A DNA stretch of 64,000 nt. Source: Tubulanus polymorphus. Its lineage: Eukaryota > Animalia > Nemertea. The translations under genes were made by a program, and so were the position numbers. Location: positions 4,526,001-4,590,000 of the forward strand of contig NC_134025.1 of NCBI RefSeq assembly GCF_964204645.1. Reading direction: 5' to 3'. The notes under the pieces are model-generated. The model was not told where the DNA came from, did not search any database, and saw only the letters and a program-made list of their open reading frames with translations. This document shows positions 38,695-50,754 of this stretch, one piece after another (the stretch's first letter is position 1; the number at the start of each line of letters is the position of its first letter).

Positions 38695-41107
38695 TTAAAT
38701 TTTAGTTTGTATTTTTGTACTATCCTTTAGTTTCTCAACAAGTTGTTTGAATGTCACATAGTAGTCAACTGGTTTAGTCAAATCATCAGAGAATGATCTA
38801 ACTTCATCATTACTCAATATCTCAAATACACGTTTGTCGGTAACATGATTTGAACATTGCACACATACTGTTTCCATACTATCGCAATAGTTCTTGTTGA
38901 TCTCGTCAGTTTTTTGGATGCGTTTGGAACAATTGTTTGAAGTGTTCTCAATTTCAGCAGTATCGATCTGACTAGAGGCTAACTGACTAGATATCCATTT
39001 CTGTGTATCATTCAGATATTGAGACACATTATCCTCTGATTTTACTTGGGAATTTTTCCCTTCTTTTTCACAAGAATGAAGTGAAAATTGTTGATAAAAT
39101 TTCGCAATAAAAAACTGTGAACAAGCTTCTTTATATAACTGATTTCGCGATAGAACGATGATCAATTCAATATCACTTTGATTTAATCGTTCCATTTTCA
39201 ATTCTTCTTCAAGATGAAAAGCGTCAAAATGTTTGAATGGACATCCACCAGATTGGAGTGTACAATACTGTGAAAATAAAAAGAAATTCCTCTTCAATTG
39301 TAGCTACTCTGATGATAAAAAAAGCAAAACTAGATTTTCCTTTGTTACTCACTTGTAAATGTGAACAAGTGTGACTCCTACAGTTAATTCGCGATCCTTC
39401 AAGACCATACAGATGCCTGATGTTATAAATATATCGACTTTCATTGTGGCGCCATTTGCTGGCTAGTTGTCCAATTTCTGATTTGGATGGCTTCAAATAC
39501 TCACCACGCCAGAAGCTAATGGCCTCTTGGACAGGCAAGCCAATCTCTTTTAACATAAGTGTATATTGTATCTATCACAGAAAAAGAATAAGCATTCATT
39601 TCATAATTGCTTTCAATAGATCCCCCATACAGGGGCGTTTTCAAATCAAAGGAAAGAGGGCTGTCCAATTTAGGGCCTTTTTGTAAGATACACCACAATT
39701 TGATTGTACACATACACACTGATATTTTAGATCTTCTAGGATAGGTAAAACAGCTAATTATCACAATATCTTGGGGGAGGGGGTTCATAAACATGTATAA
39801 TTACCCGAGAATGATGAGGAACCTTGTGATTTTTTCGTAAATTTCTATGGATATTTCGCATACACAATGGGATGAATTGCTGAATTTCATCAATTTGATC
39901 CATGTATAAATCACCTTGCACAGAAAAATCCCTGTCACCATGTAGTGAATCATTACATTTCGAGAAAATATTCTGAAACAACAAACGAATAGATCGTAAA
40001 AGATTTTCACATATATTCATCAGGATGAATTGAAGATAGTCCAAGATGAAATATTGTACCTGAATAATTTTAAGTAATTTTCTGAAGCGAATGTCAGTTT
40101 TCAATAAGTTCAACGATTGTTTGGCACTCTCCATCCCAACTGTCAGCGATTGAAAAAATAACGCAGCCATGAGAGCTTGTAATTTGCAAAATGGAATGTA
40201 AGCCCAGCCATTTTTGACAATCACAGACCGATCAGCTACTAAATTGCTGACATATGTAAAAGGTACTTTGATGCAAGGTTTTTCGTTTCCGTTCAGATAT
40301 TTTCTCACTAGGGGTTCAACCCCATGTGCTTGTATTAGTCCATTCAATATGGATATAACGTCGCCAAATTTTGAACACGCGTAAACTTTTTTCGTGTCCA
40401 AGCGCCGCATATCTCGTCGCAAACTTTGGAAAAAGTGAATCAATTCCTTTTCGTTCATGCACGAAAAGCGGTAATGAAACAGAAAATTCTCAGCTGTTAC
40501 AAAAGCAAATTTTTCCTTTCCTTCAGCACAGATCAACCTGTAAGATTCAAACATACTGGACTTCATTAAGCGTATGGCTGTAATCGCTAGATAAAATGAC
40601 TATAGTAAAACTTGCGTAAGTCGGATAATCATTTATAGCAGATGATTATTGATATGCATGGTTTGTTTACTGTATTTCAATTTTGTTGAACAGATGTTGA
40701 GTGCCATTACTTAGTCAATTTTTTTAGTAAAAACCTAACATAGCATCGCAAATAACCAACATTAATGGACAGCCTAAACTGAGTTATGGCGCAAAGTTGA
40801 AATGGACATTAGCCATGTTAGCCTGAATGCTTTCTTCATCAGTTCAATCAGTGTATTTTTACCGCAACATAAAATGTGCCACATTATCCTTTTTTGTGCC
40901 TTCAATGAGACATTCACTGCCCTCAACAAGATGATGATGGGAACTGTCAGTGTCACTTATTTCTGATCCAATAATGTAGTCTTTCATTTTGACGAAGTTT
41001 CCATCGAACCTCGTGATTTCTGCCAAAAATAAACACCTTCTCAAACAAATGTCTTCCAGAGCTGATAGCGATATATTTCCATTGCATGGTTTCAGGTAAA
41101 ATGCCAT
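38695..41107 (-). CDS. PRIM2: DNA primase large subunit-like (divergent PRIM2/p58 family member)
   Basis: Five exons (~40862-41107, 40041-40538, 39804-39972, 39353-39571, 38695-39267). Motifs FYLKP..NISL, DNVAHFMLRL, KVPF..V..LV..RSVIVKNGWAYIP, PLCMRNIH, IQYTLMLKEIGL..EAISFW, YNIRHLYGLEGSR, GCPFKH, YKEACSQFF; four Fe-S cysteine equivalents present. Confidence 0.85.
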
Positions 41108-41371
41108 AATAAACACTTTTGTTGTTTGAAAGGAAAACTCAAAAGCCGATCGGCGACCTTGAGGACAATGATTTGGCAGGCCGATCCTCGCATGCCACGG
41201 GATGAATCCTCGATTGCCACAGTATACCTACAGCTACCCTTACCTTCGAGTCTTCTCCAATACCAAGGATCAAAAGCTCACTATATTGTAAATAAGATGA
41301 AAACCCACTATCTGCAGATTAAAAGAATTTAAAAACAAGAATTTATTTATTCAATCTAAAATATATAGAAT

Positions 41372-41412
41372 ACACGACGTTTCGATCTCACCCTAGATCA
41401 TCGTCAGGTGTG
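41372..41412 (-). ncRNA. Minimal type I hammerhead ribozyme, Penelope-like element pLTR type
   Basis: Minus strand ACAC-CTGACGA-T-GATCT(AGGGTG)AGATC-GAAA-CGTC-GTGT: conserved core, 5-bp stem II, palindromic ACGT stem III, stem I ACAC/GTGT, and AATAAA about 20-30 nt downstream. Confidence 0.75.
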
Positions 41413-42689
41413 TCGATCACTATACTGGTATTGTAAAACTGACCTAAAAACCAACTAGAACAACTAAAACCATATAAAACACATGACTGAGGTCTTTATT
41501 TTGAGTAAACTTCGGTGCAGCAAAACTCCCAACGCGGACCGACTCCCATAAAATACGCAAAAATCTTTATAAGATTCTAAAAAAAAAAACTGAATTGAAA
41601 AGTTTACCCTTTGAAACGCTTGAAATATTGTCGACAATAGATATAACATGATACTGTAGATTTAGGAGCAATATTGGATGATTCCAAGCCGCCGTCTTAA
41701 ATGTGTTTTAATCATGAAAGGTCTTAAAGTGTCTAAACCGCCCGGAACCGGCCCCCAAGTTGAGCCTTGGGCCATGACCGTAAAATTCTTTCACGGATGA
41801 GATAAGGGTCACTTTAAGAATCAGATTTTATAAGATATCTATCTATCCGGAAATAATGAGATACATTATGAATGTGGAAGCGGTAAAGCGGAACGGCGGC
41901 GGTGGTGGTGCAGCGATCAGTCCAGTATCCTGATAGCGGAACTGCGGCTGTCAAGTCAAACTCGACCTCGCGGTGAATCTAGCCAAGGACGATGCTCTCC
42001 CTGATTGGTCACTGCATAAATGCCGGCCCGAATAGTCTCAAATCCGGTAACGCATCAATAGGTTTGAGAGCATTTGGCGCCCTGTCTAAAAATCGCCGCA
42101 CTCCATGCCCGCTGATCCGCCACCGTGTATGCTGTACTGATATGCTGTGCTAATGTATGCTGGGCTGAATGTTAAATCATGAACAAGAAATTCGCCGTTT
42201 CTAACCTTTTCATGGTGAGAAAGTTTGATTTCAAAATCATTGATTGATTGTGTTTTATCCAAGCAGTAATATCTCATCTAGCCTAAGTTGTATAGTGAAT
42301 ACTTTCCAAACAATTTCATCATTTTCATAAATCGTTTTTTTATATTCCCAATTTATTTTCATTTTGCCGAGCCTAATAATTCATATTTTTACTTGCAGAG
42401 TTTGAACTGTATTTATTTCTCTGCTTCATGTTGTGACGTTAACATTCGATTGCAAGAAATTATCTACTATTTTCTTTATTTCCAGCCTCAGAAAGTTAGA
42501 AGTGTTTTTTATGGAGACCGTCTAACGAATCCATCGAATGCAAGATGAACCAAGTAGTCAACCCATCGTGACCTAGAACTACTCGAAGATGAACGACTAC
42601 TAGAAACAACTAGGGTCCAATGAACTATTAGAACTAAAAGAAGATGAACTCCTAGAAAATGAACTACTAATAGAACTACTGATACTACC

Positions 42690-45600
42690 TCCCAGTTGAT
42701 GATTGTGGCAATATAAAAAAGATAAGTTTGATTTATTTTTTTCTATTCCGGGAGGGATAGGAGAGAGTGGAGTGTCACATGGTTTACAAAACCCAAAAAT
42801 AAAATGTGTAAAAATACACATAAATGAGGTGTCGAAAAGCTTTTTTAACGCTTAATATCTAACTGAAAATGAAAAGAATAAAATCATCCAAATGACACAA
42901 AATCGTTAAACGATGTTCTGTGTCTGCACCGCACGAGTTCACAATCATTACTTCAGATAAGAAAACTTAAAGGAAAAGATCGTAAAACGACTTTTCTCTT
43001 TATCAGCCTCATAACAAAACCTCTATTGGGCCAAAATCTTGCTAACAAAATATGTTCAAAAAAAGATCTTGTCTCTGTTAGCTCTGTGCTGGAATTAATA
43101 TAGCGTATATTAGCTTTACTCATGTGTTAAGATAGATTTATGTGAACTATTGCTTCGTAAATTTGTAAGTAAATTCTTATTACATCTGCCAAGCAGTAAT
43201 TTCATATAGTCTTTAATCAGCAATAGTCTTGTAAATGTTGATTAGTTGTCATTGTAAGTTGTTTTGAATTCAGTATCTGTTCTGAAATGTGTAAGTGTTA
43301 AAAGGTGTATATTTTAGCCTAGTTGACTTGTTCTCTAGGTCTAATGCTGAACACGCTTGCAGCGTCTGAAAATAAGTTGTCTCGTTATAGTATTTTATCA
43401 GCTGTTTAGTCACTAGTTGAGTGGACGCTAGTTCACTTGGCTACGTGTACTAACTAATCATAGTCTCACTAGTATTAAAAAGTATTAAACATCATCTTTA
43501 TAAAGTTCTGTGATCAAGAAATAATGTGACTCAATATAGGATAGAATATACTATAGAATATTAGTTCTTACAGTTTGTTTGACTGAAAAGATTATATGAA
43601 GGTGTATAACCATTAGTTTGATCGCTATCCCCCCTAAATCCTACTAACAAAGTTCAAACTGTCTCTGTGAGCTCTGTTAAAGGTGTATTATAGAAACTAG
43701 AAACTGTTTAAAACAGTTACTAGTTTCTCATAGTATTTTGTATAACGAAATCAAGCGCTGTTTAACCACTGACTAATTAGACTTAAGTTCTATTGGTTCA
43801 GTGGTTAGCACGCTTGTCTTGTGCCTTTACGTATAATGAGATCATCTCAGCGAGCTCTGTTTTAATCATTTTATCATCAAAGTTCCTATGTCATAATTCC
43901 TTAATTTGAAATAAATTCTTAATGAAAAATTCTTTGAATTAATTTGTTAATTTTCTCTGTAGAAATGCGTATAATCTCGAGGTGTTCAGTCTTTTTTTAC
44001 TTGATATCGTAATCGCTTAAGTATTTGCAATATTCCAAATATTTTCTTACCAGTTTCTCAATCTCAATTTAAAAAAGAATCATCAAGATCTCTTTTAATG
44101 AAGCCTCATATTTTGATGTGGAGTTGATATTTAGTTTTACTTGTTTGAAAGTTCTGGATTCCCAGTAAGTGTTAGGCACATTAAGGTCAACTTAGAGAAT
44201 TTATATTGAAATCTTGATCTTCTGAAGAAGACCCATCATTCCATCTTAGTTAATGAAATCACTATTTTGCAAAAGATTCACAATCAATCCAATATTTTTA
44301 TTCATCAATATTTCAATATCGATGATGATCAAATGCTTTTAGAAGTGAAGTTAGAAAGTTGAATTGAATCAATTGAAGTTTCTCATTTTGTTCGTGTAAT
44401 TTCGAATGTAAATATAATCTTAGCCATTCGTTTAAATCTTGTGAAATTGATCGTAAAAGAAATCTTAATTTTGAAAGGAATCAATTGAATTTCCTTCTCA
44501 CTTTGATTATTATTCTGATGCAAAACTATTGTTTCTCAGAAAATCAAGCGAAGTTCTCACCTTCGAATTCATTGTTTTGAAATGAAATTCCGTAATTCAA
44601 TTCAATTTGAATTAAAGTCGAAAAAATTAATTTCGATATTGAATATTGATATTTATATAGATATGAATATCTAATAGAATAATTGACATTAAGTAGAAAT
44701 TGAATCCGCTTATTATCAATTTAATACAAATCTGCGCAACCTTAGAGCAGGATTCAGTCAAAATGGAAAAAATGTGTGGTTACTTAAAATATTCTAATTG
44801 ATTAAATTTGCACCAAACAATCAAAAATAGAAATCTCTTGAAATAAAGTGATTGCGAGTAAAAGCTTTGACACTTTGAAACTTCACTTCAAATTTAGCTA
44901 TCAGTGATACCTGTGTCAATAAAATGATTAGGAACTAGAAAAAAATGAAGTGCCTTTTTTGAAATAAATACAGGACTTGTCCGAGTACAAATCTAATGAT
45001 TTATCAGTTTCAATCTGGTCTAATTCAAGGCCACTAGTGTGAACTTATTTATGTAGCAGTTATTTTATGTAATGCTCTGCATAAATGGTTCGATTTCATT
45101 CAATTTACCTTCATTCATATTTTGAATATATTTTTACCGTTAATTTGTTTGTACTCGTATTAGACTGAAGTCCTTCAACATTTAATGGCACTTTTTCAAA
45201 ATATAGTAATTGTGACGTATATTTACAATTCATATTGATGATTCAATATCATTTATTTAAGGCTGTTTTATGTTTTTTGTTTAGAGTTCTATTAATAACA
45301 TTAGGTTAGAGATACAATAAATGTGTGGTGAGGTGTCGTTTTGGGACTTCTCCGAGTACAAATTTACAATTCAACATTTCACCATTCTTTATTTGTTAAG
45401 TCAGTTTAACTGGTCGAAAAGGACCACCGCGAACTCATTCATGTCTTATACATAATGGTTTGCCTCATTCAATTAAACACATGTTTCTATTTTCAGCGTG
45501 CTCGTATTAGATGAAAGTCCCGATTCATTTGTGGCACTCTCTCCACTCTCATTTGCATAATGACTATAATTGTTTTAATCACATGTATTCAATTCCATGT

Positions 45601-47453
45601 TATGTTCTGAATGTCATCAGTTGAAATGTGAAAGAGTTTCTCAAAATTATTTGGTGATTTCTATGTTTGTTTGGTGCTACTGCTACTACTTCTGCTGCTG
45701 CTGCGGCGCTACTCCTGCGCTACTCCTTAAGTTTGAATTCAGAAAACCGGACTAATAATATTTGAGAGATGAAACCTGCATGAATAATGGTTGTCGCTAT
45801 TTCATTTGAAACTTGTGATACAAAATTACTGTATCATTTTACATTGAGTTTTTCATTTTGATGGAAAAACTTCAATTATGTTTTTCTATTTGACGGAAAA
45901 AAATCCTTAGAATTTTTGTGTTTTTCTTATTGACTGAAAAACACGGTAATATATCGAGAATTTCAGAGCCAGTCCTCTGATAATATCATCCATGAAAATG
46001 ACCTTCCAGAGAAACTTTTGATATGAAATTCTAAATGTTTGTTGCTAATTACTGTGTCACTTCTATCAGTATTTTGATATATCGTCAATTAGCAGATATT
46101 GATATACCAAGTTTAGTCAGTGAATCTTTGTTACTAGAATCTCAATATCAAGAGTTTTGACAATATTTGAAGTGTTTTCTTATTGAAGGCTCGATCTTTG
46201 TTTGTAGAATCTCAATTTCAAAAAGAGTCATTTCAAGATCTCTTTCAATCAAAGCTTCACTTTTTGATGACAAGTTGATATTTTCTTATGATTTACTGAT
46301 ATTTAGTCCACACTGGTTTAAAAGTTCTTAATTTCCAGTAAAAGTGTTTTGTCACACATTTTGTGCTCTTGAAATGCATTAATAAGAAGTTGGTTTCATC
46401 CATGAGACTGTAATCACTTATCACAATGAGTTGTGCTTGACTTGACACTTGGCCACTTGTGGTAGCCACGCATTCAGCCTTATCAATCAGAGACAAAGAG
46501 TAGACCATTCCTGAGCAATAGGTGGCGCTACCAGCCTCTCAAACTCTCCCAAAATCATAATAACCTATAACTCTTAGATCTCAAAAACTCCCCTAAAACT
46601 AAAAATACATTAAACTTTGATCAGAGCATCGGGTAAGTGCGCAGAGACTATGGTGCCTGAGCAATAATAGGTGGCGCTACCAGCCTTCCTATAGCTCCCA
46701 ACTCTCATTCTCCTCCAGTGCTAAAGGTAGGATGGTGACGAGCAATAGGTGGCGTTACCAGTCGCCTAGAACTCGTAAATCACAATCCACCTTTTAGTAC
46801 TGTCTATTCCTATCAGAGCGCAGAGACTAAAAGGCCTGAGCAATAGGTGGCGTTACCAGTCTCTCTATGAGCTCCCAACTTAACAAACTCCAATAAGTCC
46901 TTCCGTCTAATCAAAGAAAATTGTCTAAAAATAGACAGCCCCGAAAAATGTCAAAAGAAAATCAAACTCCTCAGACAAAGAGGTTCAGTAGGATCTCAAT
47001 GTCTTTTTAAAGACACTGTGGACTTTGTACCAAATCAACGTTAACTGATCTTGTATCAGAGAAATCTACGTTAATGATCACTGTCTTAAATAGTGATTAA
47101 CTAACGCTACTAATACTAATCAATCGGGGGTTTATTGACAATGACTGATCAAATAATACAATTATTGCAATTGTAAACGACTGAGACGGATTTTAACTTC
47201 TCCATGTAAAATAATACGATGTTCGAACGGATTGTACGCCTCAAAAATATCATTTCTTTCCAGCTGAATGTTTCAAAATCAATATAGACGATAACTAATG
47301 TTGCGAGACCAACAGAAGATTCCATGGAGAATTAGCACAGTGATGTTCATAAATACTACCAGAAGAATCAGGCAGACGCATCGTGGAACCACCAGTTGAT
47401 CCACACTACCTCGCAGTTGATCCACACTACCTTGCAGTTGATCTACACTACGT
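42690..47453. repeat. ~4.7 kb tandem repeat unit, copy 1
   Basis: CCCAGTTGATGATTGT(G/C)GCAATATAAAAAA recurs at 42691, 47454 and 52929 with long colinear near-identity downstream. Confidence 0.92.
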
Positions 47454-48438
47454 CCCAGTTGATGATTGTCGCAATATAAAAAAGCTAAGTTTGATTTTTT
47501 TTCTATTCCGGGAGGGATAGGAGAGATTGGAGCGGCACAGGGTTTACAAAACCCAAAAATAGAACATGTTAAAATACACATAAATGAGGTGTTGAAAAGC
47601 TTTTTTAAAAGCTCATCTCAAAAAACTTAAATTTCTAACGCTTAATATCTAACTGAAAATTAAAAGAATAAAATCATCCAAATGACACAAAATCGTTAAA
47701 CGATGTTCTGTGTCTGCACCGCACGAGTTCACAATCATTACTTCAGATAAGAAAACTTAAAGGAAAAGATCGTAAAACGACTTTTCTCTTTATCAGCCTC
47801 GTAACAAAACCTCTATTGGACCAAAATTTTGCTAACAAAATACGTTCAAAAAAAGATCTTGTCTCTGTTAGCTCTGTGCTGGAATTAATATAGCGTATAT
47901 TAGCTTTACTCATGTGTTAAGATAGAAATATGCGAACTATTGCTTCGTAAATATGTAAGTAAATTCTTATTACATCTGCCAAGCAGTAATTTAATATAGT
48001 TTTTAATCAGTAATAGTCTTATAGATGGTAAGTGGTTGAGTGAGCTTGCCTTAAATCATTGTAAGTTGTTTTGAATTCAGTATCTGTTCTGAAATGTGTA
48101 AGTGTTAAAAGGTGTATATTTTGGCCGAGTTCACTTGTTCTCTAGGTCTAATGTTGAGCACGCTTGCAATGTCTGAAAATAAGTTGTCTCGTTATAGTAT
48201 TTTATCAGCTGTTTAGTCACTAGTTGAGTGGACGTGGACACTTGGCTACGTGTACTAACTAATCATAGTCTCACTAGTGTTAAAAAGTATCAAACATCAT
48301 CTTTATAAAGTTCTGTGATAGAGAAATCATGTGACTCAATATAGGATAGAATGTGTACTATAGAATATTAGTTCTTACAGTTTGTTTGACTGAAAAGATT
48401 ATATGAAGGTGTATAACCATTAGTTTGATTGCTAGATT
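47454..48438. repeat. ~4.7 kb unit, copy 2 left part (truncated at poly-C)
   Basis: Matches ~42691-43630; similarity ends at GCTAGATT followed by a C run. Confidence 0.9.
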
Positions 48439-48452
48439 CCCCCCCCCCCCCC

Positions 48453-48533
48453 GGGCACGGACCAAATTTGACTCGGGCCTGATCCGTGCCAATTTGGCAC
48501 GGGCCAAATCGTCTCCATGTGACCACGGCTAAA
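48453..48533. mobile_element. MITE end fragment (Harbinger-like)
   Basis: GGCACGG(A/G)CCAAAT subrepeats, palindrome CCGTGCCAATTTGGCACGG, terminus CATGTGACCACGGC followed by TAA. Confidence 0.4.
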
Positions 48534-49084
48534 CGTTAGATGAACTCTTTTCTTGGGGTAAACAGGGTTGTCATAGGTTTGAACCCAGATATTACTGAAG
48601 TAACCAGGTTGCTTTTGAACAGCACATAGAGTATCAGCCCCGAATGATCACACAAACTGTGAAGTGAGAACTCTCGTATTCATGTGTATGGTTTGTGTGA
48701 AAGCGATGCGCGATTATTTCAGTAAAATATTCCAGAAAGATTCGCCTATATCTACATAAATATATATGAATAAAGAAAGAATTTAGGACTGAAGGCTTAA
48801 CATTACTTTATCTAATAAGATATGAGAATTAGATTCAATTTACTCCTCTCCGACCGATGTAGAACACATTTATTCAAATGTTCCACGATGGTTTATAAGC
48901 TGAACTGCATTCGACAGAGATGAAATAATGATAACTTGGTGAAACGTGACTTGATTGGTCGGATATACTCGGCAAGAGTCTGATGGAACAAGGGTTCAAT
49001 TTACTTCAATTTATCATTTAACAGATCGTTCAACATGATTCGTACAATAGAACGCTAATCATAGACTTATTACAGCGGCCGAAA

Positions 49085-50143
49085 ATGTTCGCTCATAGCG
49101 TCAATACGACAACTGGCCCGGTCCTGCAGCTCAACCTGTGTCAGAGAGTCCAAACTCGTCCGGTTCTAGTCAAATCAAAATTCAGTGTTCTAATGTACTT
49201 AGGATGTTATCTACCGGCGTCAGTATTAGGTATAACATTCAACGCCTTCACGTTGTTTGTTCTAAAACGGTTTAAATCTGATGTTTATTTTCTCATCAAA
49301 ATTCTCGCTGCAAACGATATTTTGTTTATGATCGCTACATTCATTCTGTATCCGCTGAGAGTTGCGTACATTTACGCCGTTTTGGGAGATATGTTATTAC
49401 GGGTGCACAGCGACTGGAATTTTGGGTGGATTTTTATTTCAATATCATTGCCGTTTTTCTATATATTTCAGATGACACGTAACTGGTGCACTGTACTGCT
49501 CAGTCTAGAGCGGTTAATCGTTGTATTGTTTCCAATAAAATCTCGTAGAATTCCCAGAAAGCTGATCTCACAGGGTGCAATGTTATTTATTTCTTTGTTG
49601 GGTTTTTGTGGTCATTTAGGTCAATTTATACCCTTCAAACATCTTGGATTCATGAATTGTCCTGACTATTGGCCTTATATCACAAGACGGCGTGGTAGAA
49701 ACATCCGGTACATTTTTAACATATATATCTGGAATTATTCAGTTTCTGAGCAGTCCTTTTTCTTCTATCTTACAGTCACATTTCCTCTGTTCATTTTGGT
49801 TTTCATCAATTTTATTCTTATTTCGGCGACTTTTTACCGTCGGGTTACTCGACGTTCACAGCTCGGTGTAACTGATGAATCGTCTAGAAGGGAAATGAGG
49901 ATTTTAAGGATGGTTTTATCAGTTGTTGCATTGTTTATTATTTGCGAAGGTTTGGGATTTGTGGATCGTAGAAGAAATTGGTTCCGCATAAAGGAAAACG
50001 GTTTTTCTTTTAGAATAATCGCATTGGCATTTTCTATTGTTGATTCGTCAGTAAATTTCATCATATATTGTGTGACAAATGACAAATTCAGAAAATCGTC
50101 CATTGACATTCTCAGTAAAGCTTGTTCTAGAAAAGGTTTTTGA
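49085..50143 (+). CDS. Intronless rhodopsin-class GPCR, FMRFamide-receptor-like / invertebrate chemoreceptor-like
   Basis: 352 aa with 7 hydrophobic segments: GITFN (TM1), LAAND (TM2), RNWCTVLLSLERLIVVLFP (TM3), FPLFILVFINFIL (TM5), FIICE (TM6), DSSVNFIIYCVTNDKFRK (TM7/H8). Confidence 0.88.
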   Translation: MFAHSVNTTTGPVLQLNLCQRVQTRPVLVKSKFSVLMYLGCYLPASVLGITFNAFTLFVLKRFKSDVYFLIKILAANDILFMIATFILYPLRVAYIYAVLGDMLLRVHSDWNFGWIFISISLPFFYIFQMTRNWCTVLLSLERLIVVLFPIKSRRIPRKLISQGAMLFISLLGFCGHLGQFIPFKHLGFMNCPDYWPYITRRRGRNIRYIFNIYIWNYSVSEQSFFFYLTVTFPLFILVFINFILISATFYRRVTRRSQLGVTDESSRREMRILRMVLSVVALFIICEGLGFVDRRRNWFRIKENGFSFRIIALAFSIVDSSVNFIIYCVTNDKFRKSSIDILSKACSRKGF

Positions 50144-50614
50144 TGAATAGCTGGCGTGAGTTGAGATGATACAATTCTACAGTGGAACTCGCTCCGCATT
50201 TTCGAAGAAAAACCCGCAATTAAATTTTTAAGAAAATCTCGAAGAGAATCTTATACAGAGGTATCAAAACTTTCCGAACATTTCTCAAACTGGAAAAGAA
50301 AGGACAAAAAGGACGATGTTTTCACAACAGATGAATTCATAAAACTGACATCAAAACTGGGGTTAGTTTTTTTGCAAAACCGGTTAATCTGCATTCCTTC
50401 TCCGTTCGAATTGTCAGGTTGTAAAAATGCTACAGCAAATCACCCGCCCCAATAACAAAGCCTTGTAAGTTGATCAAGTGTTATCTTAATTCATTAGATC
50501 GGTAGTAAAATGTTACATCGACTCTACATAGTCTAAGGCTGGACATATTCGTAAACGAGAAATCGGTATGCCGTAGGTCGTGGTCAATATGATGCGTATA
50601 TTATTGGTATATGT

Positions 50615-50733
50615 TACCCGCCTAGTAAGGAGGGCTTCAAAAATAGTCTATAGACTCATTGATTGTTCCTCTCCACGGAAATCTTTAGTAAAAGGCGAAA
50701 GATTTAAACGTGGTTGAAGAGAAACCTGAGTAC
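50615..50733 (-). ncRNA. U5: U5 spliceosomal snRNA
   Basis: Minus strand GTACTCAGGTTTCTCTTCAACCACGTTTAAATCTTTCGCCTTTTACTAAAGATTTCCGTGGAGAGGAACAATCAATGAGTCTATAGACTATTTTTGAAGCCCTCCTTACTAGGCGGGT: invariant loop I GCCTTTTAC, intact stems Ia/Ib/Ic, Sm site ATTTTTG, 3' hairpin. Confidence 0.96.
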
Positions 50734-50754
50734 CTGTACCCTGAGTCCTCGAGG

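Noticed and set aside
46511-46860. Direct repeats with distinct spacers resembling a CRISPR array
   Set aside because: Eukaryotic DNA, irregular 80-150 bp spacing, degenerate repeats and no cas genes.
49834-50199. 121-aa minus-strand ORF
   Set aside because: Antisense shadow of the GPCR coding sequence.
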